From Asterias rubens (taxonomy: Eukaryota): DNA of 64,000 nt. Every line of letters begins with the position of its first letter. The first letter of the stretch is position 1. The notes beneath the pieces are model-generated. The model saw only the letters and a program-made list of their open reading frames with translations, was not told the origin of the DNA and did not search any database. Below, piece after piece: positions 16,001 to 26,544 of this stretch. The translations under genes were made by a program, and so were the position numbers. The stretch lies in contig NC_047074.1 of NCBI RefSeq assembly GCF_902459465.1, positions 14,012,001-14,076,000 on the forward strand. The letters are read 5' to 3'.

Positions 16001-17352
16001 GGTTGTACCTGCAAGTTCACTATTTATTTATAGTCCTTTTGTAACCATCCTGTTGTGTGGAGTACCCAGACTGCCATCGGTCATAACTTTTACTAATTGC
16101 ATGTGAAAATGCATAATAAATATAACATACCATTCCGAGGTCAACTAATAAAAATATACAGACAAAAAAAAAGCATAAGGCCTTTTTTGTGCGGGGGTTG
16201 AAACAAATTCAAATTTATTACTGCATAATGGACACCAAATGACGAGCTAACTGGTCCCCATTGGCTTGTCACTGAACAAGTTACATGTGACAAACTCTGA
16301 TTATCACGCAGTTATTACACACTCATTCACATAGTACTGTCAACAACTCAGAATACAATGGCTTTCCATCTACTCAAGTACATCCTTGATCATTTCCAAG
16401 TTGTTGGTCACAGATTGAGTGCTTATCTGGCAAGAGGCCAAGACAGTAAAATCCACTGCACAGTTCCTCTCGTCTTAAAACATGATATCTCAGGGTTTTT
16501 CTTGGTTTCATTTTTTTTGTTTTCAATCTCCTTGAGCCTTTCAATTTTATTTTAAGAATATAAGCAATCACCAAAAGGAGAAAGGACTAGTCCATATAGT
16601 GTCAAAATTAGATGTTTGTATTTTTAGTGATGTATCTAGGGTCTGTAATGTAAACCTCTTGAACTGTAACATCTAAGAGGTTCCAGGTCTAGATTAAAGG
16701 AATTCCAGGGCCCTGTTCATATTTAACTAGATAGGCCTATTTTTTGTGAGTTTCTATTATCTGTTGGGCTTAGAGCTTTTTTTTAAGCACATAAACTACA
16801 GCTCTATAGTTTTTGTGCTTCAAAAAAAAGCTCTATAAAATAGGGCCTACAGCTGTCTGTTTTTTGTTCCATGTTTATTCATGCAAAATGCAAACCTTTG
16901 TTCTTGTTTATAGGCCTATTGTTTACAAAATAAAATCACTGACCCGGAACCATAGTTCATTGTTTTAGGCTTTATAGACAAACACTCCATTGTAAACAAC
17001 CAGCTCATTACAAATGTAAACAAACTATTATCTAAAACAGGCACTGTGGTTCTGCCTGATTGCTTGGCATGTGTTGTGCTATATCTTGGTGACCCTTCTG
17101 TGTTTGTTTTGGATGTTTTGTTGGGAAACAATGATCTTGGCTGCTATTAAACCAAGGCAGGCTATGGCATTGTAGTTTGCATGCTGGTACACTGTTTATC
17201 ACTGGCTGCATAACAAGGGCTTGCCCTGTGGGAATGACATTTAAGTACAATTCATGCTTGTCCCTGGTTAAATCTGCAGGTTGAATCTACCTGGTAGGAA
17301 TTGCTTTTCATGTACCTGTCACAGCATTGAAAGCAGGGTTGCATTTGAGCAT
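10057..17352 (-). CDS. TMEM255: TMEM255/FAM70-like four-transmembrane protein: complement(join(10057..10254,11075..11231,11682..11836,12555..12707,13067..13206,[13851..13870 optional],17316..17352 or 17344)); about 279-283 aa
   Basis: Minus-strand exons with AG/GT ends and consistent phases translate to AKKRRKIAAVCCIILILLSIIELAIGATTYQMVHNINAGSWWAAGG|LLLGALLSLVGVYNKQEGRCWMVAGTAFLVIGIFLAFIGAIIDGVTASAVS|RVDISKC...STCYCCYVTT...VG|LSEIPSYFSGVNSCDVISGSYINLLWTSVSFLSLALLHGVVVGALVSGYKNL|VAQIP...RPPPYAPNAADV*. This matches recalled TMEM255 hallmarks: AIVDGV, TC[YF]CC, GVSxC...LLW, and a C-terminal PPPYAP. The five 3' exons are well supported. The first coding exon and the family name are less certain. 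Confidence 0.8.
12073..12312. mobile_element. PIF/Harbinger-like palindromic MITE (family B)
   Basis: GGCCCAATTTCATAGAGCTGCTTAAGCA ... TGCTTAAGCAGCTCTATGAAATTGGCCC. Related fragments near 1888, 6220, 33800, 41567, 43585, 48330, 50650 and 63740. Confidence 0.75.
13539..13790 (-). mobile_element. 3' remnant of a non-LTR retrotransposon (LINE; RTE/L2-like C-terminus)
   Basis: The minus frame ...TTFVDTLCRDSGLRREELRRAMEDQRVWRVI resembles the C-terminal T(Y/F)xDxLxxDxG...EL..AMxDRxxW motif of LINE ORF2. It ends in a (TGAA)n tail. Confidence 0.6.
14252..14396. mobile_element. Short palindromic MITE
   Basis: GAGACTTT..GGTGGCAGCAGACTTACCAGGTAA ... TTACCTGGTAAGTCTGCTGCCACC..AAAGTCTC inverted arms. 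Confidence 0.75.
15030..15145. repeat. Degenerate (AAC)n microsatellite
   Basis: AAC/AAT-rich tract producing poly-N/poly-V pseudo-ORFs. Confidence 0.85.
15830..16017. repeat. Inverted pair of repeat family C (the family that elsewhere carries a hammerhead-like motif)
   Basis: ACTTGCAGGTACAACCATGTGAAAATCTCTTAGGG ... CCCTAAGAGATTTACACATGGTTGTACCTGCAAGT. Related pieces at 12362-12515, 21850-21915, 31480-31680, 38205-38276, 46426-46540 and 49455-49870. Confidence 0.7.
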
Positions 17353-18683
17353 CCTTGCTGGATTTGAGTAAGTTGGACTTGACGAGAAGACGAATTGTCG
17401 TGGATGAGTAGGGGTTAGCCAAAGGGGGTTTGGGATTTTCCTACCCCCCCCCCCAAAAAAAAAACAAAAAACAAGTTTCCAGTGGGTGGGTGATGGGGGG
17501 GGGGGCGATGTGCTCACAAAAAGAAAAGAGGAAAATGCGCATGTATATAGTCTAATGAAGTGAATGATCACAATCGGGATCACATCCCCCTCCCCTGCAG
17601 TGTCCCCCTTCCAAAATAAAAGCATGACCCCAACAACTCACAAACCCATTCCCCCTGGGCCTCTGCTTTTAAAATTCATAGATTTCCTGGTTCAAGCAGT
17701 ATGTCACTCTCTGCCCTTCAAGTGTTTTTATCAACGACAAATTAGTATGGATTGTTTCTGTTGGGAGAGCCTTGTGATCACAGACCACACTTATTAAAAT
17801 TATACACGCTCGCTCAAACACCAATATTGGTACATTGGCTCGAGAATATAATGTCATGCAAATTTATTGATCCATGACCGTAATTTCAACTCATCCAATT
17901 ATGAAAATTTTTCAATTTGGATAGATTAATCTTCTCCATGAAGAAAGTGATTTATGCTGGTAAAGTAAATCAAATTGCATCGTTACGAATGTGGTACTAT
18001 GAATTCAAGCCAATTCTGATTGTTCTAGCTCCACAAATTGCGCTATTTTGACATAATTTGTTAATCTGCTCGTTAAATTTTGCTTGAAGATATATTCAAA
18101 CAAGCGCGCTTGTTGGATGACGTTTCAAACCTAGCAGTCTCTTTCTATTTTAGCCTTCGAAAAAAGACTCTGAAAGGGTCGAAACGTCAGGCCATTAACT
18201 ATTTTTTTCATTCATACATGTCATACACGTTCACCATACTTCCTTTTGGTTGGATAGCAGTTTGCAACAGCTAATTCTATTTTCTCAATATTAAAACAAA
18301 ACAACTCAACACAATGAGTAAACAACAACTATCAAAACAACACAATTATCAAAACATCAAACTGTGACAAAACTATCAATGAGTATCATCTAATTCTTAT
18401 TATTAATTAATTCTAATTAACCTATCAAAATTAGATGTTCATACATATTCATTAAAAGACTGCAGTTCTGAGATTTTGTTTCGTTTGTTTTGGTTTTTTT
18501 GTCACAAGGGTGGAGTATACTACTACAACAATACAAATCTCAACAACATGCAGTATTTCAATTCTTATGAAAAAAACGTGCTAAATCAGTAACACCAAAA
18601 CAATAACAACATTTGCAGCAAAACACGTCATCACAATTCACCTTCAGACAAAGTCAAAAGCTGAAAAGTCAACATTTTCTTAC

Positions 18684-18880
18684 CTTGAATTGAAAGACAG
18701 ACCCTTTCCCTTCAACACGGACAAGATGACTGCTTGTGAAGTCCGTTTGTGAACAAAGACCTAAATCTGTTCTGATTCGACACAAACAAAGCGCACTGCC
18801 ATATGATCATCAGCTGTTATTATTGATGTTGTTTTTTTGTTGTGTGTAGAAAACGAGATCCTGGATATAAATGTCAACAA
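18684..18880 (-). other. Probable non-coding first exon of the TMEM255-like gene (5' end approximate)
   Basis: Minus-strand donor AAG|GTAAGA at 18684/18683, next to the CCAAT-containing promoter. It could splice to the acceptor at 17440. Only short ORFs are inside. Confidence 0.45.
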
Positions 18881-19060
18881 TGTAGGGTCAGAGGGAACTC
18901 CAATTATACTCTGACCAATCAGCGAAGGCCTCTAAGGGATTACCTCACTTACGTCTAAAAATAAAACGAATCCCATTGGTTGGCTCGGGAGTTACTAGGA
19001 GCTCTCATTTTCTGAATGGAACGGTAGAGGGCGTACTGTCAACATTCCAAAAATGGCGTC
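18880..19060. promoter_or_regulatory. Bidirectional promoter shared by TMEM255-like (-) and DZIP1 (+)
   Basis: GACCAATCAG (CCAAT 18915-18919), opposite-strand ATTGG 18975-18979, RFX half-site-like GTTACTAGG near 18990, CTCF-like GGTAGAGGGCG near 19023, and YY1-like AAAATGGCG 19050-19058. Outward-facing splice donors lie at 18683 (-) and 19194 (+). Confidence 0.6.
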
Positions 19061-19193
19061 TGTTTTGAGTTTTATTGTTTTCTGCGGTCGGTAACGGTAA
19101 ATTCAGTAAAAAACTTTCACGTTTAACATCAACATGGAAGTCCAGATGATTAACGAAATGAAGGGTTTCAGCAGCTGATCCCATTTGTGCTCA
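19050..19193 (+). other. Probable non-coding first exon of DZIP1 with two short uORFs (start approximate)
   Basis: Donor TCA|GTAAGT at 19194 and acceptor AG at 19750-19751, two bases before the ATG at 19754. uORFs from ATG 19053 (31 aa) and from the later ATG GAA GTC (14 aa) both stop inside the exon. Confidence 0.55.
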
Positions 19194-19350
19194 GTAAGTA
19201 TGTTCAAATTGTACTCATTTATTCTTATATTTAAAAGTATTAACGTTATTAAATTCTTCAAATTCAACAACAACAACATCATCTATCTATCTATCTGATT
19301 CTAGCTCCATGATATTGTTGATAGATAGAGTCCATGGTCTGGGTACCGGT

Positions 19351-19408
19351 CAACTCGGTCCCGAGCCAACTCGGTCCCGAGTCAACTCGGTCCCAAGTCA
19401 ACTCGGTA
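19351..19408. repeat. 16-bp tandem repeat x3.5 in DZIP1 intron 1
   Basis: CAACTCGGTCCCGAG[CT] units. Confidence 0.85.
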
Positions 19409-19753
19409 CGTCCAAAGACGGGGAAGTGCGTTCTCAAATTGTTTGTTTGCCGCCTAGGCCCTAGGCTGACGCTTCAACCCTAGCAAAATCTTTCTAAAAA
19501 ATTCCCTTGGGCTGGGGAGAGGCTCGAAGTCTAACATCCTACTGATTTGATAAGAAATAATACTTGCATTAGAAACAAGTTATAAGAAACAAGTACAGTT
19601 AATAATTGCATCCTATATCATCACATTAAAATAATGTCATTTTGTTAAAAAAACAAAAAACAGTTAGTTAGGGTTTGAAATTGAAGACAATTGAATAGAT
19701 AATTGAAATGATAATTAAATCAATGTGTTCTTCTCGTCTTCCCACCAATAGTA

Positions 19754-22700
19754 ATGCATGGGTCATACTACCCATCTCCTCGTGGGGCAGGCGGAGCTAC
19801 AAGTTACGCCTACACCAACGGCCATGTCCCAGGTGATACGCCTCGTGCTGCACCTACTTCCATTAACGGAGTACCAGGGTTCACCTTCCAGACAAGACAT
19901 GATAGAATTGACTGGAGGAAAATGGGTAAGAAATCACACAATCAAAAAACATATAATCCTTGAAAAAAGCAGGGTCATACATCAATGACAATGATCTGCG
20001 GCACCCACAGCAGTTGCCCTGGTGCCCTGTGCTTTTGCTGTGGTGCCCTGTGCTTTTGCTGTGGTGCCCTGTGCAAGATTCCTGTACAAATTTACATTTT
20101 CCTTTAAAGGCATTGGACACTATTGGTAATTACTCAAAATATTTATTAGCATAAAACCTTTCTTGGTGATGAGTAATGGGGAGAGGTTGATGGTATAAAA
20201 CATTGTGAGAAACGGCTCCCGCTGAAGTGCCATAGTTTTCGAGAAAGAAGTAATTTTCCACGAATTTGATTTCGAGACCTCAGATTTAGAACTTGAGGTC
20301 TCGAAATCAACCATCTAAACGCAAACAACTTCAAGTGACAAGGGTGTTTTTTCTTTCATTATTATCTCGCAAGTTCGATGACCAATTTTTACAGGTTTGT
20401 TATTTTATGCATATGTTAAGATACACCAACTGTGAAGGCTAGTCTTTGACAATTACCAAGAGTGTCCACTGCCTTTAAAAGGTGCCTCATACCAAAGACA
20501 AATTGCTGTGACCCTTGAAGAGTGTTGTCTTTAATGCCCCTATACACTAGAAATCACTAACAGTATTTAGAAACATTGGAATGGCCTACAGGCTACTTTT
20601 CAAGGGTGTCCGTTTGTGATTGCTGTAGCTAGAGATGCAGTTGGTACCCGCTGTCACTTTGTTAAACGCTGATTGATTTGACATTCTTGATGAATTTCAT
20701 TCTTGATTTGATTCATTTCCAAAACAGCCTCCGTGGATGTTGATCGTGTGATGAGAGAGTTAGATTTTGCAACGTTACAAGACGTCATTATGAATGTTAC
20801 CTTCTGTGACATCACAGCAGAGGTGGATATGAGATCAATGGATCCAAACTTTGTCAAGCTCTTCCAGCTATCGCAACTTATTGCAGAGTATTTACTGGTA
20901 AGTTGTAAAATATCTGTCAGTTTATAATATGCAGTAGTGGTAACATTAACAATCGGAGCACAGTGCTACTTGTATGCCACGCTGGCGAAGCGTACGTGTT
21001 TCTGCTAGTATTGCTACATACGAAGTGTGGCCCTGAGAACAAAAGAGTAGGGACTTGAAACAGATGGACTTACAGACGCCTACATAGTGTTTTTTACAGT
21101 GTTAAGAAAACGATTTTGAAAGGAAAGTAACATGGCGGGATACGCTAGCTTGTGCATGGGGAGAACCCTGCAATGCTCCAGTGTGAGGTGGGATTCGAAC
21201 CGGGGACCATCGAGGTGGAAAGCAGGGTAAGATACCGTTAGGCCTACCTGTCCCCCTTGAAGATTGTCCTAAATAGGCTCTGAATAACAAATCCTTCTTT
21301 TCTTCACTTCTAAGCACTCCCAGAATTATCTGACTCATAGTATCGGACTGACCCAAGACAAGGTCCAGCAGGTAGAAGGAGCTCACAACTCCACCAAGGC
21401 AGAGACCATCAAACTGAAGGAGGAGCTAAAGAAACAAAAAGATGAATGTCATAAACGCAAGAAGATGCTGAAACAGCAACAGAATCTCATCCAAGCTGGA
21501 GCTAATAATTATCACAAGGTGTGTCGAGGAAAAAAGGAAATATTTAAAATCTTGCAGCTTTGCTTACAGAAAGTTTGGGATGACCGCTAAATCTTTACTT
21601 GAAATTGAAGATGTAAAAGAATAGCCTGATGTTGGACCCTAGCAGAGTTCTTGAAGGCGAAATAACAACACGACACACAAACGGGAATAAAAGGTCGTTT
21701 AGCCTTTCAGAAAGACTGTGCTAGGGTTGAAACGTCAGGCTTCTAAATATTTTTTGCATCTATACCATTGGTCCATTTGGTTGGTAAACAATTTTCTAAC
21801 AGCTAATTCATGACGGTCAGAGCACACTGACAGAACTGTTCAGCAGTTCAAACCGGCTCTTCTCAGAGCCACCACTACTCACAAGAAAATTTTACATGGT
21901 ATCACCGCAAACCTTACTTAGTATTTTCCACCATCCATTGACTGAAGTCTTATCCTAATTCCCTTATCTCAGAAATGAATTTTGTGAATTATTCTAGTTT
22001 TGATGATTTGTTTTCTTCCCAGTGCCCTTACTGCTCCAAGGCATTTGTCCACTCGGCTTACCTTCAGTCTCACGTACAGCGCAAACATTCTGAGTATCTG
22101 CCTCCATCGGCCGACTCGGAGACCAAGAAACAGAGCCAAAGAATGGAACATGAAATAGAGGAGTTAAGGGAGAGATTAAGGATGACAGAGACGCAGATGG
22201 AAGAAGAGAGGAGGTTGATACAGTCACAGATGACTGCTCAAAGGGTAAGAATACAAATAAGGATGAGAAACGGAGCAAGAAGATTCGAACTGTCTCTGCA
22301 ATCCCGGCCAAAATGCTTGGGCCACCCATTCGCAACGTTACAATTAACATTCCCTGTCCACTTCCACCTGACAATAAACATATTCTCCCCGTCCTCCTGC
22401 TCAATGTTGATTGGAACACAGAAGACGGCGCAAGGAGAGCCAACATTGAAACAGGGGCTGTTGTTCAGGATGTCGAGATATCGCTGGGATTGTAGCTACC
22501 GGACAATCTCAGTGGTGTAGTTGTGTTAGGCACTGCTCACATAGGTTGTGGGATGGAATCCCTTCCGAGTAATATGCCTGTGATATTTTTTTTCACAGAG
22601 CTCAAGAAGGTACTGAGTATACAGTGTAAAAGCACATCAGTGTATATAGGTAAAACCAAAACTGAATAATATAATTGAAGATGAGAAACGTAGCAAGAAG

Positions 22701-25700
22701 ATGAAATGTAAGACAAGGGAGTTTAAAGAAAGAATTGATTGAGCTAGTAGGTGTGTCTCAGTCTAAGATGGTTTCTTATTGGGTAAGAATCAATAATGAA
22801 GCTAAGAAACAGAACAGGAAATAAAATGTGAGATGAGGGGTATAGAAGAAAGAAATATGACGCAGGATTTGATTTATCTTATTTCAGGAGAGCCAAGCCA
22901 AAGAAGAAAGTAGAAGGCTTGAGGAGTTACAGAAACAGCAGATGGAAAATTGGAAACAAGAACAGCTCGAGTCTCACAGAGTAAGAAATGAAATTATTCT
23001 CCATCACTATGAGAAATGTTACCATCTAAAAATTATTAATACCTGATTAATAGTCTTATATTGTGCATGTATTTACCAAAAGGTCCTCGGGAGCTCACAC
23101 AAAGATCAAATGCTCACACAAAGATCAAATGTTTAAGACTTGTTTTTGAACTATGTAGCATCTTATAAGGGTTAACAAGATGCTCCGCCACAAGCATTCA
23201 GCAGCAACTGCTAGAAAAACTTGGGCAAAACCCTTCTCTATAGCAATAAGTGTAACTAGGTTCTGTATAAGATTTCATATTAGTTTTTTGGCTCTTCTAT
23301 TCTTGCAATCTCTTTGTCTTCAGGCGGACAAGGAGCGGATTAAAGACATGTTCATGAGGAAGCTTTTTCTTACTTTATAAGATTTCATATTAGTTTTGTT
23401 TTCTCTTCTATTCTTGCAATCTCTTTGTCTTCAGGTGGACAAGGAGCGGATGAAAGACATGTTCATGAGGAAGCTTTGTCTTACTTTATAAGCTTTCATA
23501 TTAGTTTTGTTTTCTCTTCTATTCTTGCAATCTCTTTGTCTTCAGGCGGACATGGAGCGGATGAAAGACATGTTCATGAGGAAGCTTTGCCTTACTTTAT
23601 AAAATTTCATATTATTTTGTTTGTCTCTTCGGTTCTTGCTTGTTTCAGGCGGACATGGAGCGGATGAAAGACATGTTCATGAAGGAGTTGAAAGAGATGA
23701 ACGATAAGTACTCTAACTCCCAATCAGCTCTTGACAGTATGCAGTCAAAGTATGGTGAGTTTCAGGGCTGGCAATGTATCCGCTCATCAGTTTAGTTCCT
23801 TAGGTTTCTAACTCCCAATCAGCTCTTGACAGTATGCAGTCAAAGTATGGTGAGTTTCAGGGCTGGCAATGTATCCGCTCATCAGTTTAGTTCCTTAGGT
23901 TTCTAACTCCCAATCAGCTCTTGACAGTATGCAGTCAAAGTATGGTGAGTTTCAGGGCTGGCAATGTATCCGCTCATCAGTTTAGTTCCTTAGGTTTTAG
24001 CGCCAACAAAGACTCAAGATAATATGTGATGCGATCAAGCTAAATGATTTAATGAACATTAAATTTGCATCGGGGATAAAGAATATTTATTTTGGTTTTA
24101 TCCCTACACCCATATGTGTTAGTACTGTATACTCAGTACTTTCCCTGCGTTCTGTGAAAAAAAATCACAGGCATATTACTCGGGTGGGATTCAAACCCAC
24201 GGTGATCTAGTTGGTAAGACACTGCTCTAGAATTACAAAGGTTGTGGGTTCGAATGTCTTACCAACTATACCACCAAGATTGCCAAGTAGCCAGAGGCAG
24301 TTTGAATCTTGTATTTTAGCAGTGGGTCTGGAAACGATTTTAATAGATGTTAAATTTGCATATTTTTATTATTATATTATTTACAAATGGAGACTAAATT
24401 TTTGTCGTTTTAGGTAAGAGATCGATGCTTGGGACGTTACAAGACGAAGATGACATCGCCGATCTTAAGGAGTTAGTCAAGAAACAAAAAGAAGAAAACG
24501 AGCAGAGGAACAGAGATCTACAAGAGAAAGTGAGTAGAGATCCAAAGCATCATTGAGAAACTTTCTTAAAGACAAAGTATACCTTTGGTTTTTGGAACCG
24601 TTCAGTTCTTAGTCTTATACAATTGAAGATGTTAAAAGCTAGCAAGAACCTTACATGTGAAAATTTCATTTCAATTTCATTGTCACATTTTTGAGATATT
24701 GCCGAAATTCCAGGGCGGCTATATCCATGCACGAAGAATAATCCCTAAACACATTCAAACTTTGGGCATAACAAAATGGTACATTTTTTACATTACCAAT
24801 CTACTTCAAAGTTTAAAGTGAAATGTTTCTCAAAAACATATACTATTGATAGCTGCTGTAGGGTCCAAACCAATAGTTTTTATTGCCATTGATTTAAAGA
24901 GTAATATACCAGAGCGTATACAATCCCTTTAATTTGATTTGCCAGAAGTATCCAGGCCTGATAGTTCACAGACATCCCCCTGGTCATTGCCTTGGTCCCC
25001 TTGAAATGCTTCAGTAGAAATTTACAACTTCCCCATAGGGTGCCCTTTACCAAGGAGAAAATGCTTGTGTGCCCTTGCCCTTTAAAAAACAAAGCATACA
25101 GGCCTGAGTAACAAATAGTTTTTTGGTTTTTTAATAGGTTTTTTTAAAATATATTTTATTATGCAAGTCGCCCGACACACAAGGCCTGAAGGCCACTTCA
25201 TTGTGTGGGCTATAATTATTTTTTTCCAGAGGCCGTTGCCACCTACTCCTAGGGCTGAAACAGGGTTACCCCTTTTACAGTCCATACGGATGTAGGCTTG
25301 GGTATCATCAGTCCGAAGCCTGGCTGGTAGAGCAGAAAGCACTACCTCCCCAGTTTTACGTAGCAAGTGTCACTAACGGGATTCGAACCCACACTCTGCT
25401 GATCAAACGCCAGAGCTTGAATCCGGTGCTCTTAACCGCTTGGCCATGACACGCCACGTTCTTGATTTGTTGCTTCTTCTTTTCTTCCATCAGCTCGCAT
25501 CTACACAGTCTTCCTTACAAGATCAGAACAAGAAATTCAAAGAGCAAACCAAACAGATGAAGACCGATCACGGTGAGGAGATGCAACATCTTAAGAAGCA
25601 ACTTAAGGAGACGAGAGATGCACTTAAGATGGAGCAGAAAGGAGGCAGCAACAGCAGCAAAAAATCTGAGAGACGGATCCAGCAACTCGAAAAGGTGAGG

Positions 25701-26510
25701 ACAAGAATCTCAAATTTTGTAGAAATTTGGCAGAGCTGCTCACAAGGAGTTGGCTTAGCAGATAAAACTGGGCCCAGTTTCAGTCAGTTTGGATTTTACA
25801 ATGGACTGCAGGGACAAGGCTAGTAGATATAGTGGGAGCATGGTCAGGTAAACAGTTATTGGGAGGGTATATGTTTGGTAAATACACAAAAATAACCACT
25901 TTAAAAAACTTGGTAAGAAACACTGCAGCTGTTGATAGTGTATAACAATTCCTTTAGGAATGTGGTTTTAGTTCAAAAACATTTCAACCTGAGAAACGGT
26001 TCCAATTTTCGGGTTATTTTTCCGGCTTGGACATAACTGCTGCAGACTTTTAGCGATATCTCAAAAACGCTACCACTTTTTGAAATGAGTTTTGTTTTAC
26101 CGATCCAAAAACCAAAGGCATACTTTTTTAACATTTGCTCAAAACGTAAACGTAACATGAAGCCAGTGCAAAAGGGTCAGGATAGCTCCAAGTTTACACT
26201 CCATCAAGAAATCTTTTATCAAGTTCCATGCTTCTTCTCATTGAACCCAAGTCTCAACACTCATGGGGAGACAGGTCTTTTTCTTCAGCTGCGCCACGCA
26301 TCTGGAACTCTCTACCACTCAATCTTGGAACTTGTCTTTGTACCACAACATTCAAATCTCTTCTCAAAACTTATCTTATGTCACAGGTTTTCAAGGACTA
26401 ATTTTTGTTGTGTCTGTTTTTCTTTGTTTTGTTTTAGTTTTGTTTTGTTTTGTTTGTTGTTGGTTTTACTGCGCCTTGAACACCCAGCAGGGTGGATACG
26501 TGCGCATTAC

Positions 26511-26544
<34 letters not shown>

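Noticed and set aside
18684-18760. Minus-strand peptide SHLVRVEG resembling the p53-family HLIRVEG motif
   Set aside because: Only 7-8 residues match. That frame has no upstream start (a stop precedes it) and no other p53 motifs occur in flanking exons.
20120-20334. Recurring ORFs such as DFETSSSKSEVSKSNSWKITSFSK (1159, 20120, 37374, 58850)
   Set aside because: All are inside MITE family A copies; they have no transposase motifs and the frames break between copies.
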